From: an uncultured Gammaproteobacteria bacterium
Lineage (GTDB): Bacteria > Pseudomonadota > Gammaproteobacteria > CAYGNG01
Direction of reading: 5' to 3'
Assembly: GCA_964351225.1 (NCBI GenBank)
Contig: CAYGNG010000007.1
Span: 2,590 to 66,589, forward strand
DNA length: 64,000 nt
The notes under the pieces were generated by a model. The model saw nothing but the letters and a program-made list of their open reading frames with translations, was not told the DNA's origin and ran no database searches. The position numbers and the translations under genes are program-made. Shown one piece after another: positions 29,792 to 41,286 of this stretch (its first letter is position 1; the number at the start of each line of letters is the position of its first letter).

Positions 29792-30811
29792 TTATGTCTG
29801 ATTTTTAGGTGCGGTAATAAAGCGCTGCACAGCGTTATTATGCTGATCTAATGTTGAAGAAAATATATGACTTCCGTCTCCGCTGGCAACAAAGTAAAGA
29901 TAATCACTATCATCGGGGTGCAATGCAGCATGAATCGATTGATAGTCCGCTAAAGCGATTGGCGATGGTGGTAACCCATAGCGCTTATAGGTGTTATATG
30001 GGCTATCACTTAATAGATCTGATTTTTTGAGTTTCCCACTATACTTTTCGCCCAAACCGTAAATGACCGTTGGATCGATTTGCAATCGCATGCGCTTTTG
30101 CAGACGCCGCATAATAACACCAGAGACAATTGGTTTTTCAACGGTCAGGCTCGTTTCCTTCTCTATGAGCGAAGCCACAATCAACGCCTGATAGGGCGTT
30201 TGATAAGGCAGATTGTCTGCTCTTTCTTGCCACTCTTTTTGTAAAACATCTTCTAGTGAATGATGCGCCCATCGCAATAAGGCAATATCAGAATAACCTT
30301 TTATAAAATGATACGTTTCCGGATAAATCAATCCTTCAGGGTGTGGTTGCGAAAAACCAACCAACATTCGCACCTCTTCTAGCGACTTATTGTCAAGTTC
30401 GTGTTTAATAAATGGATTTTTCGAAATTTCTGCTAAGACTTGGTTAAAGGTCCAGCCCTCGATGAAGGTAATGCTATGATAAAGCACTCGACCAGCAACA
30501 ATCTGATCTAACAGATCTGGAATCGTCATATTCGCGACAATCCGATATTCACCAGCTTTTAAATAATCGGCTTGGCCATTCCATTTAGACCCTATTTCCA
30601 AATACCACCTATCTCGATAGTGCGACAATACGCCCATCCCCCATAGTTCATGGGCAATTACCTTGATGGTGGCTCCGGGGCGAACGGTATAATCGACAAA
30701 GTCACCATTGCGTATGGGCAAAGAGGAAAAATAAAATCGATAAAAATCGGCAAAACCAGCCATCAAGCCCAACACCAATAAAATGGTCGAAATTTTGAAA
30801 AAGTTCCTCAT
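29792..30811 (-). CDS. mltG: Endolytic murein transglycosylase MltG (YceG-like)
   Basis: An N-terminal TM segment and a YceG domain are present. It keeps the conserved position downstream of the fab cluster. Confidence 0.85.
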   Translation of the reverse strand: MRNFFKISTILLVLGLMAGFADFYRFYFSSLPIRNGDFVDYTVRPGATIKVIAHELWGMGVLSHYRDRWYLEIGSKWNGQADYLKAGEYRIVANMTIPDLLDQIVAGRVLYHSITFIEGWTFNQVLAEISKNPFIKHELDNKSLEEVRMLVGFSQPHPEGLIYPETYHFIKGYSDIALLRWAHHSLEDVLQKEWQERADNLPYQTPYQALIVASLIEKETSLTVEKPIVSGVIMRRLQKRMRLQIDPTVIYGLGEKYSGKLKKSDLLSDSPYNTYKRYGLPPSPIALADYQSIHAALHPDDSDYLYFVASGDGSHIFSSTLDQHNNAVQRFITAPKNQT

Positions 30812-30846
30812 ATCGCGCTCTCAAAATTAATAGCATCTGTAGACCA

Positions 30847-31227
30847 TTATTTCGGTTGAAAACGAATCTCAGCTGGCATATTGTCACATGATTTACGAGC
30901 GGCAAGAATTCTCAACCACCGATTCCGCATCTGATACGCTTGCACTTCGATACGCTGCGACTCAGAAAAGTCCATAAAAAACCACGGCACAATAAAAAAA
31001 GCTCCAGCAACCCCTAAAGTGATATTGCGTAGATCTTTATTTTCGCCAGGGATCATGTTAAGAATTTCTGTTTGATTATCCAGGATTTCATGCAAAATTT
31101 GCGTGCACGTCAACTGCTCATCACCGACTTGATACTGTTCGATCGGATGCGCACTCCTCCCGGCACAAGCAACGCAACTACTTATAATCATCAAACTGAT
31201 TAAGACCAATTTTCTAACGCTATTCAT
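30847..31227 (-). CDS. Small lipoprotein, hypothetical
   Basis: The lipobox reads [15 protein letters not shown]. The gene occupies the slot held by pabC in E. coli. The start is trimmed to the ATG at 31227, which overlaps the fabF stop by 8 nt. Confidence 0.4.
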   Translation of the reverse strand: MNSVRKLVLISLMIISSCVACAGRSAHPIEQYQVGDEQLTCTQILHEILDNQTEILNMIPGENKDLRNITLGVAGAFFIVPWFFMDFSESQRIEVQAYQMRNRWLRILAARKSCDNMPAEIRFQPK

Positions 31228-32461
31228 ATTGTTTGAAAACCAATGACGCGTTTGTTCCACCAAAGCCAAACGAATTTGATAAGGCCACTTTTATTTTTCG
31301 TGATTGCGCCACGTGCGGTACAAAGTTTAAATCGCAGTTTGCTGTTGGGTTATCTAGATTTATTGTTGGTGGCGCCACTTGATCGCGAATGGCTAATACC
31401 GAAAAAATGGCCTCAACTGCCCCAGCGGCTCCTAATAAGTGCCCCGTCATAGACTTAGTCGAGCTGACAGCAAGGGCATAAGCGTGTTCACCAAAAACGG
31501 TTTTTATTGCCAATACTTCCAATTCATCTCCCGCTAAGGTCGAAGTGGCATGCGCATTAATGTAATCAACTTCTTCGGGTTGCAGTTTCGCATCTGTAAT
31601 GGCGTTGCGCATAGCATTGGCTGCACCGGTTCCCGTTTGATCCGGTAAAGTAATATGAAATGCATCTGCACTTTGGCCAAATCCAAGCAATTCTGCGTAG
31701 ATTTTGGCACCGCGCTTTTTAGCAAATTCATACTCCTCTAATACCAGAACCCCTGCGCCATCACCCAAGACAAATCCATCGCGATCGCTATCCCAGGGTC
31801 TGCTGGCTTTGGTCGGTTCATCGTTTCTTTTGGAAAGTGCTCGTAATGCCGAAAACCCAGCAACACCAAGCGCAGAAGAAGCTTTTTCCGCACCACCAGC
31901 AAGCATAATATCGGCATCACCATAAGCCACAGCGCGAGCAGCGTAACCGATATTATGGGCCCCTGTCGTACACGCACTGACAACCGAAATGTTTGGTCCT
32001 TTTAAACCATAGCGCATCGATACTCGCCCTGGGAGCATGTTAATAATGATTGAAGGAATGAAGAAAGGAGACAGCTTTTTAGGTCCTTGCTCTAACAAAA
32101 CCGTATACGCTTTTTCAATTCCAAGCAAACCACCAATACCAGAACCAATGGCCACACCGGCTCGTGAACCACGCTCTGCATCGATCGTTAAATTGGCGTC
32201 AGTCATTGCCTCAATAGCAGCGGCCATCCCAAATTGAATAAAAGGATCTATTTTACGCAACTCTTTCGCATCAAAATATTGGATCGGATCAAAGTTTTTA
32301 ACTCGCGCTGAAATCTTTGTGCCTAACTCACTTACGTTGAAATCTTGGATCACGCCAACGCCACTTTTGCCTTGCTTAACATTTCCCCAAGTATCAGAAA
32401 CATTCAAACCAAGCGGAGAGATAATTCCCATGCCTGTTACCACAACTCGACGACCCTGCAT
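31220..32461 (-). CDS. fabF: 3-oxoacyl-ACP synthase II
   Basis: The Cys-His-His catalytic triad context is present. The C-terminus reads [11 protein letters not shown]. Confidence 0.95.
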   Translation of the reverse strand: MQGRRVVVTGMGIISPLGLNVSDTWGNVKQGKSGVGVIQDFNVSELGTKISARVKNFDPIQYFDAKELRKIDPFIQFGMAAAIEAMTDANLTIDAERGSRAGVAIGSGIGGLLGIEKAYTVLLEQGPKKLSPFFIPSIIINMLPGRVSMRYGLKGPNISVVSACTTGAHNIGYAARAVAYGDADIMLAGGAEKASSALGVAGFSALRALSKRNDEPTKASRPWDSDRDGFVLGDGAGVLVLEEYEFAKKRGAKIYAELLGFGQSADAFHITLPDQTGTGAANAMRNAITDAKLQPEEVDYINAHATSTLAGDELEVLAIKTVFGEHAYALAVSSTKSMTGHLLGAAGAVEAIFSVLAIRDQVAPPTINLDNPTANCDLNFVPHVAQSRKIKVALSNSFGFGGTNASLVFKQYE

Positions 32462-32492
32462 CGATTACTCCTAATCACGCGTTACTTGGCGA

Positions 32493-32747
32493 TCACTCAC
32501 CCGATTGATCTTTTTTCATTCTTTTTTCGATATAGTCAATGGCCTGTTGGATAGTGGTGATTGATTCCGTTTCTTCATCTGGAATATCCGTTTCAAATTC
32601 TTCCTCTAGCGCCATAACCAATTCCACCGTATCCAAAGAGTCTGCGCCCAAATCATCTACAAATGAAGATTCATTGCTAACTTCGTCTTCTTTAACACCA
32701 AGTTGTTCAATAACGATTTTTTTAACTCTTTCTTCAACGCTGCTCAT
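32493..32747 (-). CDS. acpP: Acyl carrier protein
   Basis: The phosphopantetheine attachment site motif is [19 protein letters not shown]. Confidence 0.95.
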   Translation of the reverse strand: MSSVEERVKKIVIEQLGVKEDEVSNESSFVDDLGADSLDTVELVMALEEEFETDIPDEETESITTIQQAIDYIEKRMKKDQSGE

Positions 32748-32819
32748 AATTTAGAGATCCTTAAATTTATAGTTAACATTAAGCTTGAATAATCCACGAT
32801 TATAAATTGTGAGGCATAC

Positions 32820-33575
32820 TTAATCCATAAACATTCCACCATTAATGTGAATTGTTTGCCCAGTAATATAGCTAGCAAAATCCGATACTAAGAAAGTAAC
32901 CAAGTCTGCAACCTCTTTTGGCGTCCCCAGACGTTGCAGAGGAATTTTTTGTAGTAATATTTTTGCCTGGTCTTCCGCTAATGCTTTGGTCATGTCGGTT
33001 TCAAAATATCCAGGTGCCACTACATTAACGGTAATTTTCCGACTACCAACCTCCGCGGCTAAGCTCCGAGAAAAACCAGCTAACCCGGCTTTTGCAGCGG
33101 CATAATTGCATTGCCCAGGATTACCAAAACTCCCGACCACTGAACCAATATTAATAATTCTGCCCCAGTGGGCTTTTATCATAGCCCTTAAACATCTTTT
33201 TGAAACACGAAAAATACCAGATAAATTCGTGGCAAGCACGTCATCCCACTCCGCGTCCTTCATCCTTAACAATAAATTGTCACGGGTAATGCCGGCATTA
33301 TTCACAAGAATAGCTGGCATTCCTGGGTTTGAGTTGATTGCATCAAATGCGGCAGATATGGATTGAGGATCGGCCACATTCATCATGATCCCAATCCCAT
33401 GCCAACCATGGGATTGGATCAATTGATTGATTTTATCAACGCCCGCTTCCGACGTCGCTGTGCCAATTACGACAGCGCCGGCTTCTGCCAGTGCCATCAA
33501 AATCGCTTCGCCTAAACCTCGAGTCGCCCCAGTGACTAATGCAATTTTATTATGTAATTTTACGTGCAAACTCAT
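32820..33575 (-). CDS. fabG: 3-oxoacyl-ACP reductase
   Basis: SDR motifs TGATRGLG and YAAAKAG are present. The gene sits between fabD and acpP. Confidence 0.95.
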   Translation of the reverse strand: MSLHVKLHNKIALVTGATRGLGEAILMALAEAGAVVIGTATSEAGVDKINQLIQSHGWHGIGIMMNVADPQSISAAFDAINSNPGMPAILVNNAGITRDNLLLRMKDAEWDDVLATNLSGIFRVSKRCLRAMIKAHWGRIINIGSVVGSFGNPGQCNYAAAKAGLAGFSRSLAAEVGSRKITVNVVAPGYFETDMTKALAEDQAKILLQKIPLQRLGTPKEVADLVTFLVSDFASYITGQTIHINGGMFMD

Positions 33576-34543
33576 TAACCCTCATCTCCCACTGCTCGAT
33601 TCGCGGTAATGGCATGAATACTCTGGTGCATGCCCGTCGTTGTATCAATGTTAAAAGTAACCACTGTCTTGGCTATTCGCTTATTTAAACCCGCTAAAAC
33701 TTGATTAGGACCACATTCAACGAATTGAACAATCCCTTGTGTGTGCGCAGCGGTGACACAGCTGGTCCAGCGCACTGGGCAATATAATTGCCGAATCAGT
33801 GCCTTTCTAATTGCTTGTGGCGCCGTTTCAATCGATACATCCACATTGTTAATCACCGGAACTTGTGGCACTGATAGTAAAATGCCTTCTAGTGTCTGTG
33901 CAAATTCCTTTGCTGCTGCTGCCATGAGTGAACTATGTGAAGGAACACTGACCGGCAATAATTTTGCAATTTTGGCACCCTGTGCTTTCGCTAAACGGAT
34001 GGCTCTTGCGATAGCGGGTGATTTTCCAGCAATCACAACTTGCAATGGGGCATTATAATTAGCCGGCATCACAACCTCATTTTCAGTTGACGATTGCTTA
34101 CAAATTAACTCAACAACCGCATCCTCTAATCCGATAATAGCAGCCATCGCGCCTTCCCCCATTGGAACGGCCTGCTGCATCAACTCCCCTCGTTTCGCGA
34201 CAATCGCTACGGCATCGACAAAAGACATGGCTTTGGCACACACTAAAGCAGAATACTCCCCTAAACTATGCCCTGCCATGTGAGTAGGCATCGTGTTTGT
34301 CAAGCTCATCCAAACCCGCCACAAAGCAACACTCGCTGTTAAAATTGCTGGCTGGGTATACTGCGTCATATTCAACTGGTTTTCTGGCCCATCTTGAACT
34401 AACCGCCATAAATCGTATTGCAACACGTGAGAGGCTTCGTCAAAAGTGCTTTTAATCTGTGGATATGACTGAGCAATGTCATGCAACATCCCCAACGACT
34501 GCGAACCTTGCCCTGGAAAGATAAACGCCAACTTCACACTCAT
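33575..34543 (-). CDS. fabD: Malonyl-CoA-ACP transacylase
   Basis: The active-site motif GHSLGEYSALV is present. Confidence 0.95.
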   Translation of the reverse strand: MSVKLAFIFPGQGSQSLGMLHDIAQSYPQIKSTFDEASHVLQYDLWRLVQDGPENQLNMTQYTQPAILTASVALWRVWMSLTNTMPTHMAGHSLGEYSALVCAKAMSFVDAVAIVAKRGELMQQAVPMGEGAMAAIIGLEDAVVELICKQSSTENEVVMPANYNAPLQVVIAGKSPAIARAIRLAKAQGAKIAKLLPVSVPSHSSLMAAAAKEFAQTLEGILLSVPQVPVINNVDVSIETAPQAIRKALIRQLYCPVRWTSCVTAAHTQGIVQFVECGPNQVLAGLNKRIAKTVVTFNIDTTTGMHQSIHAITANRAVGDEG

Positions 34544-34553
34544 ACACTTCCCA

Positions 34554-35507
34554 TCAATAAACGATTACCGCAGCGCCCCAAACCAATCCACCACCAAATG
34601 CCTCCAGCAACATGCGCTCGCCCTTTTTGATAGTACCTTGCCTTAACGCTTCGTCTAGTGCAAGTGGTATCGAAGCGGCAGAAGTATTACCGTGCTTTTC
34701 AATCGTCAAAATAACTCTATCCATGCTCAAGTGTAATCGTTTTGCGACAGATTGAATAATTCGTATGTTTGCTTGATGCGGAACCAGCCAATCAATATCC
34801 CCATGTGATAATTCATTCGCTTCCAGCGCTTCGGTAACCGAGTCTTGCAAATGCGTTACCGCATATTTAAAAACATCGTTACCTTTCATTTGAATAGAGG
34901 TAAGTCCTTTGGCTTTAAAATGAGGAAAAGGTAAATTAAGAATGTGTTGCAAATTACCGTCGGCGTGCAAATGTACCGATTCAATGCCTGGTGCTTTAGC
35001 GGCAGACAGTATCATCGCACCAGCGCCATCACCAAACAAAACGCACGTTGTTCGGTCATGCCAATCAACCACTCGAGATAAGCAGTCTGCACCCACAATC
35101 AGCACATGGTGAACAGCGCCATTTCGAATAAACTGATCAGCAATCCCTAAGGCATACACAAAGCCTGCACAAGCGACTGTAATATCGAATGCAATACAAT
35201 CGCCAACCGCTAAAGCCGCCTGAATACTGCAAGCGGTATTGGGAATTAAGTTATCTGGTGTTGTCGTAGCAACAATTATCATATCGAGGTCTGAGGCTGT
35301 CAGCTGGGCCATGGCTAATGCCTCCTTGGCCGCGCCAACAGAAAGAGAAACCAATGTTTCATCCTGTGAAATCACATGCCGTTGTTTTATACCCGTGCGA
35401 GAGTATATCCACTCGTCTGTTGTATCAACCAACTGGGCCAAATCCTGGTTTGTTAAAATTTTTTTTGGTAAAGCCGTGCCCGTCCCTGAAATCATGGCAT
35501 ATGTCAT
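34554..35507 (-). CDS. fabH: 3-oxoacyl-ACP synthase III
   Basis: The active-site Cys context is ACAGFVYAL. The C-terminus reads GGGLVWGAAVI. Confidence 0.95.
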   Translation of the reverse strand: MTYAMISGTGTALPKKILTNQDLAQLVDTTDEWIYSRTGIKQRHVISQDETLVSLSVGAAKEALAMAQLTASDLDMIIVATTTPDNLIPNTACSIQAALAVGDCIAFDITVACAGFVYALGIADQFIRNGAVHHVLIVGADCLSRVVDWHDRTTCVLFGDGAGAMILSAAKAPGIESVHLHADGNLQHILNLPFPHFKAKGLTSIQMKGNDVFKYAVTHLQDSVTEALEANELSHGDIDWLVPHQANIRIIQSVAKRLHLSMDRVILTIEKHGNTSAASIPLALDEALRQGTIKKGERMLLEAFGGGLVWGAAVIVY

Positions 35508-36529
35508 AAGGTCGGCCTATTCAAAAGGATTTGCACTTTTTCATCTATTTGCGCGGTCAAATCTTTCTGAACATACGCATAGGCATTTATCACCGCATTC
35601 GCCACAGCCAAAACATTAGCACCACCGTGACTTTTCACAACGATCCCTTGCAACCCCAACAAACAAGCCCCATTGTAACGCGACGGATCTAACCGCTTGC
35701 GCAGTCGATTTAATACCTGTCTACTCAATAGCCAAGCAAACTGGGAGTACATGTCGCGCTTAAATTCTTCACGAATAAATTTGCGAAATAAATTGATAAC
35801 CCCTTCGCTGGCTTTCAACATCACATTTCCAACGAAACCATCGCAGACAACCACATCACATGCCCCCTGATAAACATCATGGCCTTCTACAAATCCAATA
35901 TAGTTCAATCTGGGCTCTTGCTCTAACATTTCCGCGGTTTGTTTTACCACTCGATTCCCTTTTATTTCTTCTGCACCAACATTCAGCAATCCAACACTGG
36001 GTCGCGGAATGCCCATTTCTAAACTGGCAATGACGCTACCCATAATTGCAAATTGAAACAAATGTTCTGGGGTACAATCGACATTAGCTCCCAGGTCTAA
36101 AAAGCGTATAAACGCTTTACTGTGGCTCGTTGGTAATATTGCAGAGATAGCCGGCCTATCGATGCCTGGTATCATTTTTAACACAAATCGGGCCGTTGCC
36201 ATCAGCGCACCGGTATTTCCCGCGCTCACGCAAGCACAGGCAGCTCCCGTTTTGACTAAGTCAATGGCAAGACGCATGGAGGAGTTTTTTTTATTACGTA
36301 AGGCACTAGCCGGCGATTCATTCATGGCAACCACTTCTTCAGCGTGCACAATTTGTATCCGACCGGAATATTTTCTCGCTTTTCGCCCAAGGGCTTTTTT
36401 GACGAGATTTTCTTGGCCAACCAAGAGAATGTTTAATTGCGAATGAGCCGTCATCGCTCGGAGGGCGCCCGGAACAATCACATCCGGGCCACGATCCCCA
36501 CCCATGGCATCAACAACAATTGAAACCAT
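35504..36529 (-). CDS. plsX: Phosphate acyltransferase PlsX
   Basis: A 341-aa PlsX that overlaps fabH by 4 nt. Confidence 0.95.
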   Translation of the reverse strand: MVSIVVDAMGGDRGPDVIVPGALRAMTAHSQLNILLVGQENLVKKALGRKARKYSGRIQIVHAEEVVAMNESPASALRNKKNSSMRLAIDLVKTGAACACVSAGNTGALMATARFVLKMIPGIDRPAISAILPTSHSKAFIRFLDLGANVDCTPEHLFQFAIMGSVIASLEMGIPRPSVGLLNVGAEEIKGNRVVKQTAEMLEQEPRLNYIGFVEGHDVYQGACDVVVCDGFVGNVMLKASEGVINLFRKFIREEFKRDMYSQFAWLLSRQVLNRLRKRLDPSRYNGACLLGLQGIVVKSHGGANVLAVANAVINAYAYVQKDLTAQIDEKVQILLNRPTL

Positions 36530-36541
36530 GATTATTGCTCA

Positions 36542-36742
36542 CTATTCTTGGTCTTCTTCGTTGGCATTCAGATTTTTTTGTATGACTTGACGACCTTGGT
36601 AATAACCCAAAGGGCTCACATGGTGTCTGAGGTGCTTTTCGCCGGTCATACTGTCTTCTGCTAATGCACTGCTGGTTAGTGAATCATGAGCGCGACGCAT
36701 TCCTCTTTTTGAACGCGACTTCTTACTCTTTTGAACTGCCAT
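36542..36742 (-). CDS. rpmF: 50S ribosomal protein L32
   Basis: The sequence begins [20 protein letters not shown]. The start is the ATG at 36742. The ORF-track extension to 36922 overlaps yceD and is spurious. Confidence 0.9.
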   Translation of the reverse strand: MAVQKSKKSRSKRGMRRAHDSLTSSALAEDSMTGEKHLRHHVSPLGYYQGRQVIQKNLNANEEDQE

Positions 36743-36755
36743 AACAATGAGCTCC

Positions 36756-37199
36756 TTACTCCGAATCGATAATACAACATTCTGATTTTTCATGTTTTGC
36801 AACGATAGGTACACACAATAATAACTCATCTTCAACAAGGGTAAAAAGAGATAACATCCCTTTTTCCATTTGAATTCCCTCATACCGCTCTGGCAATTTT
36901 TCACATTGCGCATCGGATTCAACGGGACTCAAACAAAAGGTATGACAAACCTCATAACGCATCGGTTGCATGCACCGCTGGCACGTTAAATTGAGATTAG
37001 CCGTTAACCGCCCTTGAATAAACGGGATAAACCTATCGTCTACCGCCAATGATAAATCAACTTCGACCGCCCCATCACCCTCAATGCTCATCCCCACAAT
37101 TCGCGGCAAATCATTAAGTGACACGATCCCTGTGATATGAGTCTGCTTTTTCGCTAAACGGATGGGATCTATCAATTTTGGTAACGGTTGCATAGTCAT
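36756..37199 (-). CDS. yceD: YceD-family (DUF177) protein
   Basis: Two Cys pairs are present (CQRCMQP, CVPI). It keeps the conserved position upstream of rpmF. Confidence 0.8.
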   Translation of the reverse strand: MTMQPLPKLIDPIRLAKKQTHITGIVSLNDLPRIVGMSIEGDGAVEVDLSLAVDDRFIPFIQGRLTANLNLTCQRCMQPMRYEVCHTFCLSPVESDAQCEKLPERYEGIQMEKGMLSLFTLVEDELLLCVPIVAKHEKSECCIIDSE

Positions 37200-37461
37200 A
37201 AGTGCGCAATAATAGCGCTATAAAATACCGGTGTCAAAGATATAAACGCCCTATTTGCTTAATTTACGCATTTTCCGCTATTTCATTGAAACCAATATTG
37301 TCTTAGTCTGCTAAAAGTAGTACAGTCCGTAATCAATTAACCAATACTTATTGTTGGCGTTGTTTTTTATTCACTATTTTTCATGGATTGAGAGATTGTT
37401 TAATATTGATGTTTTGTGTTTAGAAGCAACACAACAAAAATAACACGAAGGTGATTATAAA

Positions 37462-38790
37462 ATGCCAGCAATTGAGCAATCCGCCCCACCACCGATTACT
37501 TCGGCGACTCGGCCATGGATGATTTGGGGGCTTGTCGTCCTTTTTTATTTTTACGATAACATGCTTCAAGTTTCTCCCGGCGTCATGACGAATGAACTCA
37601 TGCGCGATCTGCATGTCGACGGTTTTGCGCTTGGCAATTTAGCCGCCTTTTTCTTTTACGCGTATGCGCCCACCCAAATTCCCGTAGGCATGCTCCTCGA
37701 TAGATACGGTCCACGCTTGCTCGTAACGTTAGCAACCTTAACGTGCGTCATCGGTGCCTATGTTTTTTCATCGGCAGGCAGTGTATACACCGCGCAAATT
37801 GGCCGCTTACTTATTGGTTTTGGTTCGGCTTTTGCTGCGGTCAGCTGTATGAAACTCGCGGCGACCTGGTTTCCCCTCGAACGCTTTTCTTTCTTAACCG
37901 GTCTTATGGTAACCGCCGGCTTAACCGGTAGCATCGTCGGCGAAAAACCGTTGGCCTTACTGGTTCAGAGTCATGGTTGGCGGTTTACTATTTTTTGTTT
38001 TGTGATTTCTGGCATCGTTATCGCGCTCCTCGTTTGGTGCTTGGTACGAGATGCACCAAAGCATATGGCAAAACCGGCAGATATTGAGGAATACTCTACC
38101 GCAAAACACATGATCCGCGGGCTTAAGCTTGTCGTCAAACAACCGCAGAGTTGGATTGTTGCCATTTATGGTGGTTTGATGTTTGCTCCAACTTCTATTT
38201 TTGGCGCATTATGGGGTGTTCCTTTTCTTATGCAAACCCATCACATCTCTGCCCCCGATGCCGCCGGGATTAATATCATGCTTTATGCTGGTTGGGCGGT
38301 TGGTAGCCCACTATCCGGGATTGTTTCTGATCGCTTGAAAAAAAGAAAACCAACGCTATACTTTGCTTCATTGGGTTCATTGGTAGCCATTACTCTGGTT
38401 ATTTACATACCAACGCTTTCAATGAGCACCATTTCGGTGTTGCTTTTTTTATTTGGTTTCTTTTCAAGTGGTTTTTTGCCTTCATTTTCAATTATGCGAG
38501 AGATCAGCATTACCTCTGTTACCGCCACAGCGCTGGGCTTTATGAACATGTTCAATATGATAGGTGGCGCATTAGGACAACCACTAGTAGGTAAATTGCT
38601 TGACCGCGGATGGGATGGTAGTATGATTGACGGAGCTAGGATATATTCTGTCAGTAACTTCCATAGTGCGATGGCAATATTACCTGTAATGATAGCTGTT
38701 TCGTTGTTCATGTTACCTTTGGTCAAAGAAACAAACTGTCGCTCCATTGAAGATGAACAATGGTATGCTGGTGCTCATTCACTAAAATAA
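37462..38790 (+). CDS. MFS transporter
   Basis: A 12-TM major-facilitator architecture is present. An AAGGTGA RBS sits 8 nt upstream of the start. Confidence 0.8.
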   Translation: MPAIEQSAPPPITSATRPWMIWGLVVLFYFYDNMLQVSPGVMTNELMRDLHVDGFALGNLAAFFFYAYAPTQIPVGMLLDRYGPRLLVTLATLTCVIGAYVFSSAGSVYTAQIGRLLIGFGSAFAAVSCMKLAATWFPLERFSFLTGLMVTAGLTGSIVGEKPLALLVQSHGWRFTIFCFVISGIVIALLVWCLVRDAPKHMAKPADIEEYSTAKHMIRGLKLVVKQPQSWIVAIYGGLMFAPTSIFGALWGVPFLMQTHHISAPDAAGINIMLYAGWAVGSPLSGIVSDRLKKRKPTLYFASLGSLVAITLVIYIPTLSMSTISVLLFLFGFFSSGFLPSFSIMREISITSVTATALGFMNMFNMIGGALGQPLVGKLLDRGWDGSMIDGARIYSVSNFHSAMAILPVMIAVSLFMLPLVKETNCRSIEDEQWYAGAHSLK

Positions 38791-38852
38791 CCTAGATTAT
38801 TTCTTTGTGATTAGTGACGAGTGTTTTTAAACTTAGGAGGAGTTATAAGGAA

Positions 38853-39155
38853 ATGGAGAACTTTACAAAAGTCCCAACTCAGGAACCACAACAAACTTCA
38901 AATGTTGCTTTGCACGATGCGGTAGCGAACACCGTGCGGCACTATTTGAACTCTCCAACCGAAACGAAAGATCCGCTTTATGATCTCATCATAAAACAAG
39001 CGGAAAAACCCGTTATTGAAGCAGTGCTTCGTGAAACCCGCGGCAATCAATCTAAAGCGGCTATTATGCTTGGGTTATCGCGTGGGACACTTCGCAAGAA
39101 GATTCGCGAACACGGCATCTCTACCAGTCTCACCGAGAACGCTGGCGAAAGTTAA
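38853..39155 (+). CDS. fis: DNA-binding protein Fis
   Basis: The C-terminal HTH is nearly identical in pattern to Fis (TRGNQSKAAIMLGLSRGTLRKKIREHGI). The start is trimmed to the ATG at 38853, giving about 100 aa. Confidence 0.75.
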   Translation: MENFTKVPTQEPQQTSNVALHDAVANTVRHYLNSPTETKDPLYDLIIKQAEKPVIEAVLRETRGNQSKAAIMLGLSRGTLRKKIREHGISTSLTENAGES

Positions 39156-39225
39156 TTGTGTTTTCGACACGGCCGCAAGATTTGATCATCCGCATCAAAT
39201 TTCGCGGCGGTGTTTCATCATTGCA

Positions 39226-39900
39226 TCAATAAGCAGCATACGCCGACTGATGATTCTGTGAAAGAAATAATGGTAACTCGCGAACATCGTCAATAATCGC
39301 TAATGGCAAACAGCCTTCCAGTTGAGAAAGCGAGTGCGCGCCATAGCTTACGCCTACCGATGGCATGCCACAATTTTGTGCCATTTGCAAATCGAAAACG
39401 GTATCCCCCACCATCAAGCACTGATCCGGCTGTAAATGGGTTTCGATCATGATTTCATGAAGCATTTTAGGATCGGGCTTGCTGGCTGTCTCTTCTGCGG
39501 TTCGCGTTATAATAAAAAAATCATTCAAGTTGGCATGCGCTAAATCAGCATTCAAGCACAATCGATTCTTTCCAGTGGCTACCGCCAAGCGATAACCCCT
39601 ATCCAACAAACAGCATAATGTATTTCTGACCCCAGGGTACAATTCAACCGCTTGGTTCTGTTGTAGATAATACTGCTGGCGATAACACTCAAGGAATGCT
39701 TGCTGGCGCGGTAATGTTTCATTGGGATATAAACGCTTAGCAACATCAAGCCCACCCAAGCCTATCAACGGAAAAACGTGTTCTTGCGTAATCGCCGGCA
39801 GAGAAAAAGCTTGCGCGGCTTGATTTAAACACTGGAAAATAAAGTTTAATGAATTGGATAAGGTGCCATCCCAATCGAAAATGATTAATTTTATTTTCAT
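39226..39900 (-). CDS. HAD-IA hydrolase (phosphoglycolate phosphatase-like)
   Basis: HAD motif I reads IIFDWDGTL. The start at 39900 overlaps the rluC stop with ATGA. Confidence 0.7.
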   Translation of the reverse strand: MKIKLIIFDWDGTLSNSLNFIFQCLNQAAQAFSLPAITQEHVFPLIGLGGLDVAKRLYPNETLPRQQAFLECYRQQYYLQQNQAVELYPGVRNTLCCLLDRGYRLAVATGKNRLCLNADLAHANLNDFFIITRTAEETASKPDPKMLHEIMIETHLQPDQCLMVGDTVFDLQMAQNCGMPSVGVSYGAHSLSQLEGCLPLAIIDDVRELPLFLSQNHQSAYAAY

Positions 39901-40853
39901 GACTGACCTTCTAACTGTGCCATCACGGCTAGCAAATGTTGGTCCCACTCGGCTTTAAACGTTATGGCCCGGGCAAGATGAGGTAAGTATAAGCTTATCT
40001 CTGCGGCATGTAAAAATAACCGATCACACGCTAGGCGGTGCGTAACGGCCATATCGCGCGTTTTCGTATATTTGTGATCACCGATAATGGGATGGCCTAG
40101 CAAAGTGGCGTGAACTCGGATTTGATGCATCCGACCAGTTTTAGGGATCGCTTCAACTAACGTGCAATCCTCAAACCGTTGCAGCACATTAAATAGCGTC
40201 ACAGAGGCTTTACCGTCGTCTGAAACATCCACCAAATGCTCGCCTTGATTAAAGCGATTCTTAGCCAGTGCCGCATCGACTTCTATCTTATCTTTTTCCA
40301 CAACGCCATCGAGCAATGCCACGTATTTTTTCATAACGCTACCATGGCGCAATTGTTCGTGGCAGGCTAACAAGGTCGCGCGCGTTTTCGCAATTAATAA
40401 ACATCCCGACGTTGCTTTATCCAAACGGTGTACTAACCCAAGCGTGAGTTCCGGATAATGGGATGATAAAATATCTATTACGCCAAATGGCACCAGAGTA
40501 CCACGATGGACAGCCAAGCCAGCAGGCTTGTTGATAACTAATAGCTCATCATCTTCGTATATTTTTCGTTGACCTAACAAGGAATCAACTATTTTCTTAT
40601 GTGTTACATTTGAACACTTGGCAACCACGTGTCGAAGCGGTGGCAATCGCACGATGTCGGCCAATTGCAATCGATGCTCTGCTTTTGCGCGTTTTTTATT
40701 AATCCGAACTTCGCCTTGTCGAATGGCTCGATAAATCCGACTTTTTGGTACCCCTTTGAAGGTCTTGATTAGAAAGTTGTCCACTCGTTGGCCGCTGCTG
40801 TCTTGTTTTATCGTCACCTCGACTACCTGATTTTGAACACGGTTTTCTTTCAC
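39897..40853 (-). CDS. rluC: 23S rRNA pseudouridine synthase RluC (RluA family with S4 domain)
   Basis: An S4 domain is followed by a catalytic RLD-containing motif (HRLDKATSGCLLIAK). The gene is divergent from rne, as in E. coli. Confidence 0.85.
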   Translation of the reverse strand: MKENRVQNQVVEVTIKQDSSGQRVDNFLIKTFKGVPKSRIYRAIRQGEVRINKKRAKAEHRLQLADIVRLPPLRHVVAKCSNVTHKKIVDSLLGQRKIYEDDELLVINKPAGLAVHRGTLVPFGVIDILSSHYPELTLGLVHRLDKATSGCLLIAKTRATLLACHEQLRHGSVMKKYVALLDGVVEKDKIEVDAALAKNRFNQGEHLVDVSDDGKASVTLFNVLQRFEDCTLVEAIPKTGRMHQIRVHATLLGHPIIGDHKYTKTRDMAVTHRLACDRLFLHAAEISLYLPHLARAITFKAEWDQHLLAVMAQLEGQS

Positions 40854-41286
40854 GACGTACCTCTAGCCGCTTCTCGGCCACTGCTGATATCTGTTTGAAT
40901 GAACAATAAAACTTTGATAAAATAGCACAGCGATAACAAGGAGATGTCTCCAAATATTGTGTAAATTGCGAATATAACACTTGTTTATATGTTGGTCAAT
41001 ATTGAAATCTGCTGTTGATGTCAGCTTTTTAAAACCAACAGGGGAAAATTAAAAAAATCGCGATAACTATTAATGATGGACAGCGACAAAAAAACTGTTA
41101 GAGAGATGATTAATTTAACAAAGATGATAACCTATAAACTTCATCGAAACATAAAGAAAACATTTATTCCCTACAGAAAATGTAAAAAAAATTAATCTGC
41201 TATCGGAAGCAGCCATTTTATATTGTAATTGTCTATAACGCCCTAATCATCATTTCATAGTCCTCGCATTGATATAAGAGAAAATC
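40854..41286 (+). promoter_or_regulatory. rne promoter and long 5' leader (putative autoregulatory UTR)
   Basis: A 433-bp AT-rich, non-coding divergent spacer lies between rluC and rne. By analogy, the E. coli rne mRNA has a 361-nt structured leader. Confidence 0.4.

Noticed and set aside
36743-36922. N-terminal extension of the rpmF ORF
   Set aside because: It overlaps the yceD coding sequence. L32 clearly starts at MAVQKSKK (ATG 36742).
39170-39212. Imperfect hairpin (ccgcaagatttgat / atcaaatttcgcgg) between fis and the HAD gene
   Set aside because: It is a 12 of 14 stem with a 7-nt loop and no convincing T-tract. It may be a weak terminator, but it is not supportable as a confident call.
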